From Octopus bimaculoides (lineage: Eukaryota), in the NCBI RefSeq assembly GCF_001194135.2, contig NC_068987.1:15693319-15757318 (forward strand): a DNA stretch of 64,000 nt, in the 5' to 3' direction. Under the pieces are notes generated by a model. The model was not told the DNA's origin. It searched no databases and was given only the letters and a program-made list of their open reading frames with translations. Every line of letters starts with the position of its first letter. Within the stretch, counting starts at the first letter, position 1. This document shows, piece by piece, positions 45,644-59,000 of the stretch. The translations under genes were made by a program, and so were the position numbers.

Positions 45644-48600
45644 CTGGAAGGCAAAAAAAAAAAATAAATAAATAAATAAACATATATAATTAATAATAAT
45701 AACAGTGGTTTCAAATTGTGATACAACTCGAGCAGTTTTAGGGAGGGGAGGGAACAAGTCGATTACCTCGACTCCATTGTGTGACTGACTGGTACTTATT
45801 TTATCAACCCCAAAAAGATGAAAGGCTAAGTCAACCTTTGCAATAGTTAAACTCAGCAGGCCAGACAAAAGGAAAGATACGCATAAGTGGGCTGGTTACA
45901 CCCCTAGCATAGGCCACGGGTTACGGTCTCACTTGGCTTGCCGGGTCTTCTCAAGCACATACACACAACACATATGAGTGTGTATAATACACAATTCCCA
46001 TCCAACAAATTCACTCACAAGGCATTGTTCAGCCTGAGGCAAAAGTAGAAGACACTTGCTCAAGGTGACAAACCAGTGTGATTGCAAAGTGAGTTTCTTG
46101 ACTAGAGGGCCAAATATTTTTTATACAACTACACAAAATTGCAGAAACTGAAGAATTTATTACCTCATGGTGCTCCCACAGAGATTTTCTATGTGAAACT
46201 GTAAACAGTGTAATTCCAAGCTGAAAGAAAATGGAATAAAATACAATGAAATGGAATTCAGCGAAGAAAATGGCAAGGAACAAAAATGTGAATGTTAGTA
46301 GTTTCAGTTTGTAAAAGAAGCCAACAAAAAAGTCTCTAAATAGTCAGTAAATCTACCAAATTAGCCTCAAATCACAACCTGCCATTTTAAAATGGTGAGT
46401 ACATATAGGCTTGGGTAATATACTATGCCTGAAAATCTGAAAAATAAATGGGAATGATTATACCTGGAATGCTTTTGATCATGAGTCTGTTCATTCAAAG
46501 CTCACCTTGAGGTTAAACATCATCATCATCATCACCATTTAACACCAAGCTTCCATGTTGACATGGGTTGGATGGTTTGATAAGGTCTGATGAGCCATAG
46601 GGCTACATCATACATCAATATCTACATAGACATGGTTTCTATAGCTGGATGCTTGTCCTGACACCAACCAGTTTATAATAAGAACGTACTGGGTGCTTTT
46701 TTTCATGACATCAGCATTAGTGATAATCACCTCATAACTTTCAAGACCAAGGCCCTAAAGTGGCCTCTATAATTGAAGGGGAATAAATAGAAAGAGAGTG
46801 GGTGGTGATCTTTGGTGATGAGGAATGGTAACTAAGAGGAGAGAAACGTAAGGGTATGGCAGGGAGCAGTGGAGAGGGAAGGGATTAGTGATAGGTTGAG
46901 ACTAAACATTAATCCTCTGGGACCAGGATCCCTGTGTCTAACTTTACTTGCCACCTGGGCTCCTGAGCAGAAAAAAAATGCATACACACCTTAAAGTAAT
47001 GATTATAGGCAGACTAATGGACAGAAGCACTAAAACATTTAGGAGAATAACAATAATAGGCCTATCCCTCAACTACTATATTTGTTCACCCAAATTGATC
47101 CTTTCCTTATCACTTTCCCCAGTTTGATTGTCTGTGTATGAGTAAACACTTTGTCCAAAGAACAAATACCATCAACAATTTCCTCAACTGTAGAGTCTAG
47201 GCCGAGCTCATTTACCAGATGAAGTGCTGGGTTCATTACACACTTGTTTCATTGCAAAAAATCCATTCTTTTTACAAGCTGAACATTAACCATTATCTGA
47301 TCAGACTCAGAGAGCCTTCAATGGTCGTGACCAAATTCATTTCTTCTCAATTAAAACCAAAACAAACTTTAAAAGTGCTACTTAACCCTTTTCATACCAA
47401 CTAGTGTGAGATCACCCCTGGCTCTACAATACAAACTTAGCAATTTAAAATGATCTAAATTCAAACCTTATTTCAAAATGTCATGTTAATTTATGTTTCA
47501 AAAGCTAGTTTAATGACGACACAGTTATCTTGCTAAATTTTTTCTTTCTTTCTCACAATTAATTGAAACAAAAGCCATGCATTTCAAAAGGAAAAGGCTA
47601 ACAAAATAGTTAATAGAAGTTACCTTTCTGCAATGTTGGTAAATAAAACCTTCGACATCGACACTGACAGCACTGGTACATTCATCTAGAATAGCAAACT
47701 GGGGTTTGTGGTAGAAGAGACGAGCCATCTGGAGAAAATGAAAAAAAAGAAATAACAGGATTACATTGTAAGTTCAATTAATGCATGTCACTCATACACA
47801 CTTGTGTGTGCTTTATATAATTTGTGTCTGTGTTTGTCCCCCACTGCTGTTTGACAACTAGTGTTGGCATCTTTATGTCCCCATAACTTAGTGGTTCAGC
47901 AAAAGGAACTCGATAGAATAAGTACCAGACTTCCAAAAAAAAAGTATTGGAGCCGGTTCATTCAACAAAAATTCCTCAAAGCAGTACCCCAGCATGGCCA
48001 CAGTCTAATGATTGAAACAAGTAAAACCCAAAAGGTACAAGGATAAGTAAACACTAATTGTTATCACAGAGGACTAATTGTAGTAATAGTTGCAACATGA
48101 ATTACACATTTTAAAATTAAAGATTTGAAAATTAAAATACAAAATAACTAGAACAATTATAACTAAATTTAATTTTAGATTTATAATTAAAATTTTTTCA
48201 CTTACANNNNNNNNNNNNNNNNNNNNNNNNNNNNNNNNNNNNNNNNNNNNNNNNNNNNNNNNNNNNNNNNNNNNNNNNNNNNNNNNNNNNNNNNNNNNNN
48301 NNNNNNNNNNNNNNNNNNNNNNNNNNNNNNNNNNNNNNNNNNNNNNNNNNNNNNNNNNNNNNNNNNNNNNNNNNNNNNNNNNNNNNNNNNNNNNNNNNNN
48401 NNNNNNNNNNNNNNNNNNNNNNNNNNNNNNNNNNNNNNNNNNNNNNNNNNNNNNNNNNNNNNNNNNNNNNNNNNNNNNNNNNNNNNNNNNNNNNNNNNNN
48501 NNNNNNNNNNNNNNNNNNNNNNNNNNNNNNNNNNNNNNNNNNNNNNNNNNNNNNNNNNNNNNNNNNNNNNNNNNNNNNNNNNNNNNNNNNNNNNNNNNNN

Positions 48601-51600
48601 NNCTTAACCTAATTAACTCATTATTTTGTTGTTTTACATCCATCGCCCCCTTTTGACCACCCCATTACTGCCCCCTTTGGCCACTCCATTATCGCCTTCT
48701 TTGGCCACCCCATTATTGCCCCCAGGGATCTTTCCACCACCCCCAGGGGAGCAGTACTGCACACTTTGAGAACCACTGATTTATAAGATTTACGATACAA
48801 GGGGTCAAAAACATAAAATTTCTTACAAGCAGAGATTAAAATGTTACTAATAGGTTACAAAAAAATGATGTAAAAACAGCCAACAAACCTTCACCGACTC
48901 CCAACCACCTTCTCTCTCCAGTAAATACCCTAACTGAACCTGAAAAACAAAAGAAAAAAATCATTTAAGCTGCTAACTGCCAAATTTTTTTATTCATAAT
49001 TTTTGGCTTTGCCTGGTGTCTCAGGAGTTAAAATAATATATAGTATTTATATTATCTGCATATGTGAGTTATCTTGGAAATTATAATAAATTTTTTGAAA
49101 AGTCCCAAATGGGGATCACTGAAAAAAAAGCATATTTATCCTTTTTCTATTCAATTTCAATAATAAACATTTTAGTTTTTTTGGAAACTATAGTATCAAA
49201 TGCAAAAGTGTATGAAATATCAATGAATGATATAAACGAGAAATGCAAAAAAAAAAAAAAATGTTTTCAAAACAGTCAATATTTTTGTAGTTCAAAAATT
49301 GTGATTTATGACATAAAATGTCCTCTAGAATAAGCCAGGGCTAATAATGATAAACTTTAACTACTAAATATCGTTAAACACACCTCCGCAAATGCAATGT
49401 ACATAAGCAATTCACTTTAAATACAACGAACAAACAGCAGTGAGACTGTTTTTAGCAGATCCCCAAATGGGGTTCACGGCAGGCAATGAGTTAGTGTCCA
49501 ACTAGAACAAAAAAATTATATAGGTGCAGGTATGATTATAGGTACAAGCATGGTTGTGTAGTTAAGTTTGCATATGGCTTCAGGCTGAGTCCCGCAGCAC
49601 AATAACTTGGGTAAGCATTTTCTATTATAGCTCTAGGTGGACCAAAGCCTTGCAAGTGAATTTGGGAGACAGAAACTGAGAGAAGTGTGCGTTTGTCTGT
49701 GTGTATGCACATGTGTCTGTGTGCTTGTTTATATTTGTGCTCTATGTTGCACGCCTTTCAAGACATGTGAAATAAAAGGTTCATTTCTTGAAAACCAGGT
49801 AGGAAAAGGGGTAATGACAGGAAGGGTATCCATTAAAACAATGCCTCAATAATATATTCACCTAACCCATGCCAGCATGGAAAAACAGATGTGAAACAAA
49901 CAAGTTAAGAAAAAGAAATATTTTCGCACCTTTATTTTCAATGCAGAAAGAAAGTGGTGGGAAACAAGCTTACCTTTTCCAAAATATCTTCTAGTTGAGC
50001 ATCACTAATGTTCTTTGCCCTTTGATCTACATAAACATCTGGGTATATCATTTGTTCCCGGAGTGAGCCAACAGCCATATAGGGTCGCTACAAAGATAGA
50101 GAAGGGATAGTTTATTAGACTCAAAACAGTATAAAACATCAGATGATGATGATGATGTGTTATTCAACTTACCTGAGGCACGTAAAAGAGTTTCCGTTTA
50201 TCTGGTTTAATTAATGTTCCACCAAACAATGGCCACAACTGTAATAATAACGATAATATTATTAGTGTTATTGTTATTTCGAGCAGGTCAAACAAGCTCA
50301 AAGAGGCTCCCTTTCTAGCTCCGCTCAAGTCTTTCGGTAAGGCACTTTATTACTCTAGCTGTTGATTAGTCCAGGGGTTTTCAAACTTTTTGACTTGCGG
50401 ACCCCTTTATACTTCAGGCTTTACCTTAGGGACCTCCTTATAAACGCTTATGAAATTTATACATAAATATTTGCTTAAAATAACATATATTTTTTACATT
50501 TATTTATTTAACAGTATTTAACAAATAGGTTTATTGTCAATTAAAAGATTTCGATTAAAAAACATATATAAAATCAAATTGCCCATAAAAAGTATTTGCT
50601 GTCCACGGACCACAGTTTGAAAACCCCTGGATTAGTCTACCAGGAATACAGGTGCCGCTCCAAACAACTTTATGATCAGAATGTGGTTTGTTAGTCTCCT
50701 GACTGAGCAAGCAGAAGGTAAACCCATGGGAACACATAAAAAGAAATTATTGATGTAAAAGGTTTTTTTTTTTTAAGAAACAAAAAAAAAGGGGGAAAAG
50801 AAGGAAAACTTACTTCTCCAAGAGTACGGAACAAAGAACTTTTTCCACATCCATTTGGACCACATACCAGAACATTCATGCCAGAATGTACCTAGAGAAA
50901 AACAAAAAAAAAAACAAATACATTTGTAAAGAAACAGTATACTTTATTGAATTCTTTTTAAATACATATAGATCTTATATGAGAAGGTGTTAGAAAGTTC
51001 CTGGCTTTAGGGGTATTGCGAAAGACCTGGTTGAAGGCCCAACCTTCCAAGTTCTTTTACACGTCTTAAAAAAACTGAAGGACCACTGCAATAAGTGTGA
51101 ATCTGAGAGGGGAATATGTTGAATAAAATCATAATTAAGTGACCCTCCTCAATTTTCTTTTACCCAAAGCCAGGAACTTTTCAACATTCCCAGGATTCTA
51201 GAGACTGGACTAGGTTCAGTTTTTTTTTTTTTCATCTTTTAGTCAGGCATGAAGGCAGTGCCCATAATTCTTTACACAATTTCCAAGACCGAAAGGAAGG
51301 TATCCTCAAACTGGAATCCTGCTTCAAATGCTTGCAACAGCATGGATTCAGCTAAATGCACAAAAGTAACAGGTGGTGGTGGCAGTGTTAGTTTAAACTT
51401 GGAGACATTAAGTCTACCATCTAAATAGGTCATGGCAGCATTTGAACTCAGAACACAAAGGACAGGAATAAATATCACAAAGCACCTGGTCTGATCCTCT
51501 TACAGTTCAGCCAAACCACAGTCCTGGATTGGTGCTTTTTTTTCTTTCTTTTTTATCAATCCAGAAAAGATGAAAAGCAAAAGTGACCTCTGTAGGACTC

Positions 51601-53361
51601 ATAACCTTCCTAAATTTCACACAAGGCCTGCAGTTTGCAGGGGAAGGGAAAGTCAATTACATCAACCCCAGTCCTTAACTGGCACTTATTTTATTGACTC
51701 CAAAAGGGTGAAAGTCTAAGTTGACCTTGGAAGAATTTGAATTCGGAATATAAAGAGCCAGAAGTATTGCCACTAATCTTTGCATTCAATATGCCAATTT
51801 TATTTCACCTTTTTAATTATGTTTATTAGTATTGACAACTTCCAGCTGCCATTTGGAAAATATAAAATGGTTAGAATTTGAGGTAGCAAACTTACCTCAA
51901 AAGTCATCTCCTTGATTAGAACATCGCCATTAGGTGTCACTAACGGAACTTTGTCAAACCTGGAGGAAATTTAAAGAAACTCAGGTAAATGGAATAATAA
52001 CTAACAATTACTTTTAAAAAAATCAATGAAAATTCTTTAAAAAATCAATGTGTGTATTCTCAGATCTGTGTGTATGTGTGTGCTGCTAACCCTCACCTGT
52101 TTCCAAGTAAGGTAATATGTGTTTGCTATGTGTGTGTGTGTGTGTATCTGTCTGCATAAGTGTGTATGTGCTGCATACGCGTGTGTGTGTGTCTGTGTGT
52201 GTGTGTGTGTGTGTGTACACATATTGCGAACATGTGTGTGCATGTGTCTCTGTCTGCAAGGAACATAGATGTCAACTTACATAATCATGTGATCTTTGAA
52301 AATAATTTTGCCACTGCCAGGTTTTAGTGGGAATGGTCTGTTCAAACCTGAAGAAGAAGAAGAAGAAGAAAACAAAGGAGTCAAATTACAGAAATCAAGT
52401 TCAACATGACCTCCTCATTACTGTACTTCAATAGAAACAATATGACAGAGCTTTCTGCTTATCATTAACATCATCACCATTTTAACATCCATTTTTCTAA
52501 GCCAGCATGAGTTAGATGGCTCCCACACTATCTTACCAATTGTCACAATCCTTCAACACCTGATAAACACAAGTATAGCAACAGAGAAAAATAATTTTTT
52601 TGATGGTTTATAATGACTGGATGCCTTCACCATCACCTACCACTTTACAATATGGACTGGATTTGTATTATCATGTCACAAGCACTAGAGATGTTACTCC
52701 CCAACAAGACAAAAAAAGTCCCGTGTTGACTCACCCCACCAACCCTTAATACTATAGTATAGTAACCATTACATAATTACTATATAACAGAAAATACAAT
52801 TCATAAATACTGATGATCAAAACAATAATTCTATTTAACAGTCTGTACATATAACTACTATATAATATTGAATACACTTTAGATATAAATTAACCCTTTC
52901 AGGTTCTCCAACCGCTAAAATAAATAAATAATGCTCACCATTTTCAATTACCATTGTGCGTTTATATGATCCTTTATTGAGTTCATCAAGAACTTGCATC
53001 AACTCTGTTACTCGGGCAGTGAATCTGTTTGTTAAATGTAAGAAAATATTTTTAATTATAAACAGTAGGAAAATGGAAAGTAATAAAATGTTCATGTATG
53101 CCAATAGATTCATATTTATATAGGTTTAGACATGTTTGTAACAATCGGCCGTTGCCGGTACCGCCTGACTGGCCATCGTGCCAGTGGCATGTAAAAGCAC
53201 CCACTACACTCTCAGAGTGGTTGGCATTAGGAAGGGCATCCAGCTGTAGAAACTCTGCAAGATCAGATTGAAGCCTGGTGCAGCCATCTGGTTCGCCAGT
53301 CCTCAGTCAAATCGTCCAACCCATGCTAGCATGGAAAGCAGACGTTAAACAATGAGGAGGA

Positions 53362-53406
<45 letters not shown>

Positions 53407-53659
53407 TTTAGTTATATATATATATACACATGCATACAATCAGACAGATACATACATACACCCAAACATGTGAGAGTATGTATGTGTGCATGTACACACA
53501 CACACATGCATAATTATATACATAAACACATACATACATTCAGACATATTCATATATACAAATATAATTCATACAAGTTCATATATACAATTTTATGTAT
53601 ATTTTCATACCTTACATACACACAATCAGAGCATACACTCCTATAAATGTATGTGTATG

Positions 53660-53704
<45 letters not shown>

Positions 53705-55982
53705 GCACACAAGCAGAGCTTTCAATATACATGTCATAATATTTTTCTTATATAACATTAAACTTTATCTACACTGTAGTATTTTGATTTGGTTTCCAAT
53801 ATTTTTGCATTGTATGGTTTAGTCAGTCCCTCAACTCAAACCATACAGATTGTAGATAGTCATTAAGGCATAGTTAAACATCCATGCACAGCTCTCTTGT
53901 GGGTGCCACTAAAACGTTTAAGTAGTCAAATAACTGATATATGTTACCCTGATAATCGAGTCATTTCACGTCCGGCTAGTACAATTCGTCCAGTAGCTTC
54001 TGCCATTTTGACCAGCATTCTCCCACTTTTATAATAGTCCTGAAAAAAATAAGAATAAAATACTGTATTTTCCAGAATACAAGTTGACATAGTACATGGA
54101 TTGTTAGTGGCAGTGTCTGAATGTTTACACTAAAGCCTGCTGCAGTTCACATGAAATTTTTAGTCGTCCAAAGTTATCTTGGTATTTAAGTTCACCTACA
54201 TTTTTTGGCCGTAAATTTTGGTGTGAAAAGAATTGACTTGTATGCCAGAAAATAAGATAAAGTCAACACTTTCCTTGTTTAACAAAAATTGTATCCCAGT
54301 GGGGCAAGCTAGAGGTAGTACATAACTTCCGTTATCTAGGTGACCAAGTTAGTAGTGGAGGTGGATGCTCTGAGAGCATAGCTGTGAGAATAAGATTAGG
54401 ATGGGTGAAGAAAATTAGACAGTTTTGACTTTCAATAGGCCATTATGGAATGTAGATGAAATGGTGAAAATGAAAATATAAAACCTCACCTCCAGGAGTT
54501 CACTTTTGGTGCTGTGCAGATGGCGTGGATGAGCAAGGTTCAGGAATGGACGACTTACCACCAAATATCCACAAACAGTTGCAACATCTGTTGGTTATAG
54601 ACAATATATATTCCGCAATAGTTAATATCATACATCATAATCATTGATATCATTATTATCAGCAGTTTTATGCCTTTTTTTGTTTTGCTTTTTTTCTATA
54701 CCAATATGAGGGAGCTTCTATGCAGTCCCTGGGGCTATAGCAACCAAATTTCCTTCAAATCACAGTTGTAAAAAAAAGAGGCATTCTTTTATTATTTCTT
54801 TTGTTTCAAATCATTTGGCTGCGACCATGCTGGAGCACTGTCTTGAGGGGGTTTTAGTCAAACAAATCAACCCCAGGATTTATCTTTTAAGCCTAGTACT
54901 TATTCTATCAGTCTCTTCTGCCAAACTGCTAAGTTATGAGAGTGTAAGCACACCAACATCAGTTGTCAAAAATGGTGGGGAGGGACAAACAGTCTCACAC
55001 ACACACTAATACATAAATATAGACATACATACACAGGACAGGCTTCTTTCAGTTTCCGTCTACCAAATCCACTCACAAGGTTTTGATCAACCCAAGGCTA
55101 TAGCAGAAGACACTTGCCCAAGATGCCACACAGTAGGACTGAACCTGGAACCATGTGCTTGGGCGGTTGGGAAGCAAGCTTCTTATTACACAGCCATGCC
55201 TGTACCAATTGACCAATTTTTTTTTTCTTGGATTAATCAGAGAAGGAATGGTAATACCCATGATAATTTTGCAGGGTCTTTAAGATGAGTGAGAAAAAGA
55301 AGAGAGGTGAAACCAGGACATGCGAGTTATCCTCAGATCAGGGCCCTGGTAGCAAGGGGCCAAGGCCTACAACAGAAATGAACTCTACTAATTTCATCCA
55401 AATGCCAGGCAATGGTGTTAAGCTAATCCACAGATAAAGCCAGCCATTTAGTTGAGATATACAAAAATTAACGAGATCACAGCTGAAACACCTTTAATTA
55501 GAGATTCAGCTTGATCAGGATCAACCCAGGGCTAAAATCACTACAGCTACTAGGAAAGGAAGGATATGAAGCAATCTCAACTTCCGTAGGATCTGAACAC
55601 AGAGTAAGCATTTATCCCATGAACCCTATTGGGTATTGAACTCAGATCCAAAAGGGAACAGAAACTAGATATTGTAAAACCAACATGCTATAGTATTGAT
55701 TTTTATCAATAATAGAAATTGATAAAAATACATTTACACTTGTTTAGCCCTAGGTTAGCTATGGCTGAATAGGCCTATCCCCAAGATGGTAACGATATTC
55801 TTGCCATGACCATCTCATCTTTTTCTCAGGAATAAAGTATATAAGACTACATTATCCAATATGTTTTTCCTTGCTTTTTTTTTAAGATGGTATGCACGAA
55901 TTGGGGATATCCAGCAGTTATTTCAAGCAATTCAAGCAAATATACAGAAACATCCTTGAGCTACACTAAAAANNNNNNNNNN

Positions 55983-56014
<32 letters not shown>

Positions 56015-59000
56015 CTATGTAGTTGCTTGATCTGCTAGAAAGAGCAACCAAATCTCCTTCAAATCACACCAGTTATCTTAAAAGAGGAAAGACACACTAA
56101 ATAATGCAGTTGTGGACACACACAGCCTGACAAAACAAAAAAACATTGTCAAAGCAGGAACAGGTTTGATAATAATTGTGCTGGACCAGGGCAGACCTGG
56201 GACAAAACAACAAGAATGTGATGTAAATAACATACTTACATTTGGCAATGATACTATCAATGAAACCCATTTGCATACGGAAGAATATGAAGGAATTTGC
56301 ATGGCTAACCTGACAAAATAAACAAGAAAAGGTCAACAGTAAGTTGTATGTCAGCAAAGAACAGAAATAATCTAAAAGTGTCTATCATTATCCTTAATTC
56401 TTTAATAAAGAAAAATAAATGCGCCCTTTTAAAGCCTAGCCAGGCTCATGGGCCCGGTTTCCCGGTTTCAATGGCGTATGTGTTCTCCAGCTGGATGGGA
56501 CGCCAGTCCATCGCAGCGTTACTCATTTTTACCAGCTGAGTGGACTGGAGCAACATGAAATGAAGTGTCTTGCTCAAGAGCACAACGCGTCGCCCAGTCC
56601 AGGAATAGAAAGCACAATCTTGCGATCATGCTGCTGACAACCTAACCACTAAGCCGGGTATAAATACCAAATCTTTACGTGTGGGATGCAAAAAAAGGAA
56701 AAAAATACAAGATGATAATCAATGAAATAGCTTATAACACAAATGTGGTTTATATACACCTGTCCTCTTCACAATTTAGCAGTGTGTCAATAAGCCACAC
56801 TCGACCTTAAACTGTTAATGAGGAAAACAAAGAAAATCAACAAGAAAAAAAAAATGACTCGTTGGCTTACCATTTTCTTAAAAGTTGCAATAATGATGTT
56901 GTGCTCTCGTTTATTCCCTTGGTAGAAGGCTACTTCTTCACTGCAACATTAAAACAACAGAGAAATAAATTGTAACACTGAACATTCTGACTCTTTTGTT
57001 ATATTTAACAATTAACCTATCTATGCTAAAGTGGCCTCAAACCTTCTTTAGGCCAAAGCCATTAAATAAATGGATGGTCACAGGTGGAACATATTTGATC
57101 ATGGATTAGCTGAATTAGGACCACCCTGAAGCTGACCAACAACAATTTCTATAAAAATTTATGAACTTTCTGGTCTAGTACCTTCTGTCAAAATTTTTGA
57201 ATGTGTCACCAGCTTCCTGGTAGTCATAGATCCCTTTATTCTAATAGTTTCTTTCCTCAAAAACTGCTGCTCTATGGATTTCACTTCCATCATCTTGTTT
57301 TATTCTGGTCTGTGCTAGTCAGTCCTTTTAGCTTCCTATCAACTGATATATTTTGAATTTGAAGACCCCCTTCTTTTCCTTCTTTGTAATCCTTTATGCT
57401 ACAGTGGCCTTAGACCTTGTTTTGATAAAAAGTCATTAAAAAAAAAATAACCTCTTTTCAAAGATTTCTTTTTGTACTGAAGTATTTCTTTTCACCTGTT
57501 TGTAAAGCCAAGAATGAAAGACAATCTGACAATATGATATTTATCCCCCACATTCATGGACTTCACCAATAGACAATGTGCAACAAGATAGCTCCAACCA
57601 GCAATTAAATCTGTAGTGTTTACTCAGCACACCAGGAAACTTACTGTTTGCCATGCAAATAGTCACCAGTGCTGAATATAACAGTAAATCTAATAATTCT
57701 ATAATATGGAGCACAGCTTGAAGTCATTGTGAATTAGAACCCTTTAATCAACCTACATTTCCATGACATCACCTATGAAATTTGTCAGCCTTGTTGGCTG
57801 TGCCTAGAGGCAAAGGTATAACCATGTAGTTAAAATGTTTGCTTTGCAAACATGTGGTTTCAGGTTCAGTCCCACAGTGTGGAACCTTGAGCAAATCAAG
57901 GGTCTTCGGCTATAGACCCTGGCTGACAAAAGCCCTGTGAGTGGATTTAGTAAACAAAAACTGAAAGAAGCCTGTAAGCCCATAGTGTATGTGTGTGTAT
58001 GCATGTATGTGCATGTGTGTGTACATGTATGTGTGTATGTGCATGCATTGCACATGTGTTGGTGAAAGGTATACATATCAAAGAGCAAAACCAGTTTAGC
58101 CCCAGGTCAACCTCGGTTGAGCAAACCTCTGATCAGATGTATTCCAGCAATGACTACTCTGTTTTATTTTCAGGTGTTATATATTTCTAACAATGCCTGA
58201 TAAAACTGATACAATGTAATTTGCAAGAGAAGCTTCTGGACTCTATTTCACAATAAAAAACATTTTTAAATTAATGTTTTTTTTTTTTGCATACTTTTAT
58301 TGGATGAAATAAAATTCCACTGAAAACTCTTGTGCTTTCAAACAAAATCCTACTGTAATGTCTGTTGAAGAATATAAATCTATCATTTGCTAATAGTTAT
58401 GACAGATTTATATCTTAGCAAAACAAGACATTTTGTAAAAAGCTAAGTGAATACAATATTGAAATTACAGCTGAAAATTCAGTTCAGTTTGATTTACTAG
58501 TGTCAACTGGCTGTGTTGCTTTCATGTGGGTGTATGGGTCTATGAACATGTGTATGTCAGGAAGGGGGTACTCAAAGGCTAAACAAGCCAGCCAGCCAGC
58601 CAGCTGTGACATGCTTTATCACAGGTTCGGTTCACACTACACACCTTACTGTAAAGCAGTAATATATATATATTTAAATACATTTTATGTGAATTCATCA
58701 TTATTATTATTATTGTTGTTATCGGGGTACAAAAGGCAGGATTTTTCTTCTTTTTGCCCATACAGAACAAGTTTTCATAATAGCTAAATTAGCATCCAGT
58801 CCATACTTCACTGGAAAGTACCGTATTTTAACGTGTATAAGGAACCCTTTTTTGTCAAAAATTAGGTTAAACAAATACAGGAGTCTTTATACATGAATAG
58901 TATTATATTCCCTTACAAAACCTTTTTTCCAAATGGGGTTCCCTATACATGAGGCTCCCTTATACATGTTAAAATACGGTAATTTTTCCTTTCTATGAAC

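Noticed and set aside
48074-48643. Long ORFs containing X runs (also 62222-62864, 8794-9075, 42595-42995)
   Set aside because: Artefacts of N gaps lacking stop codons.
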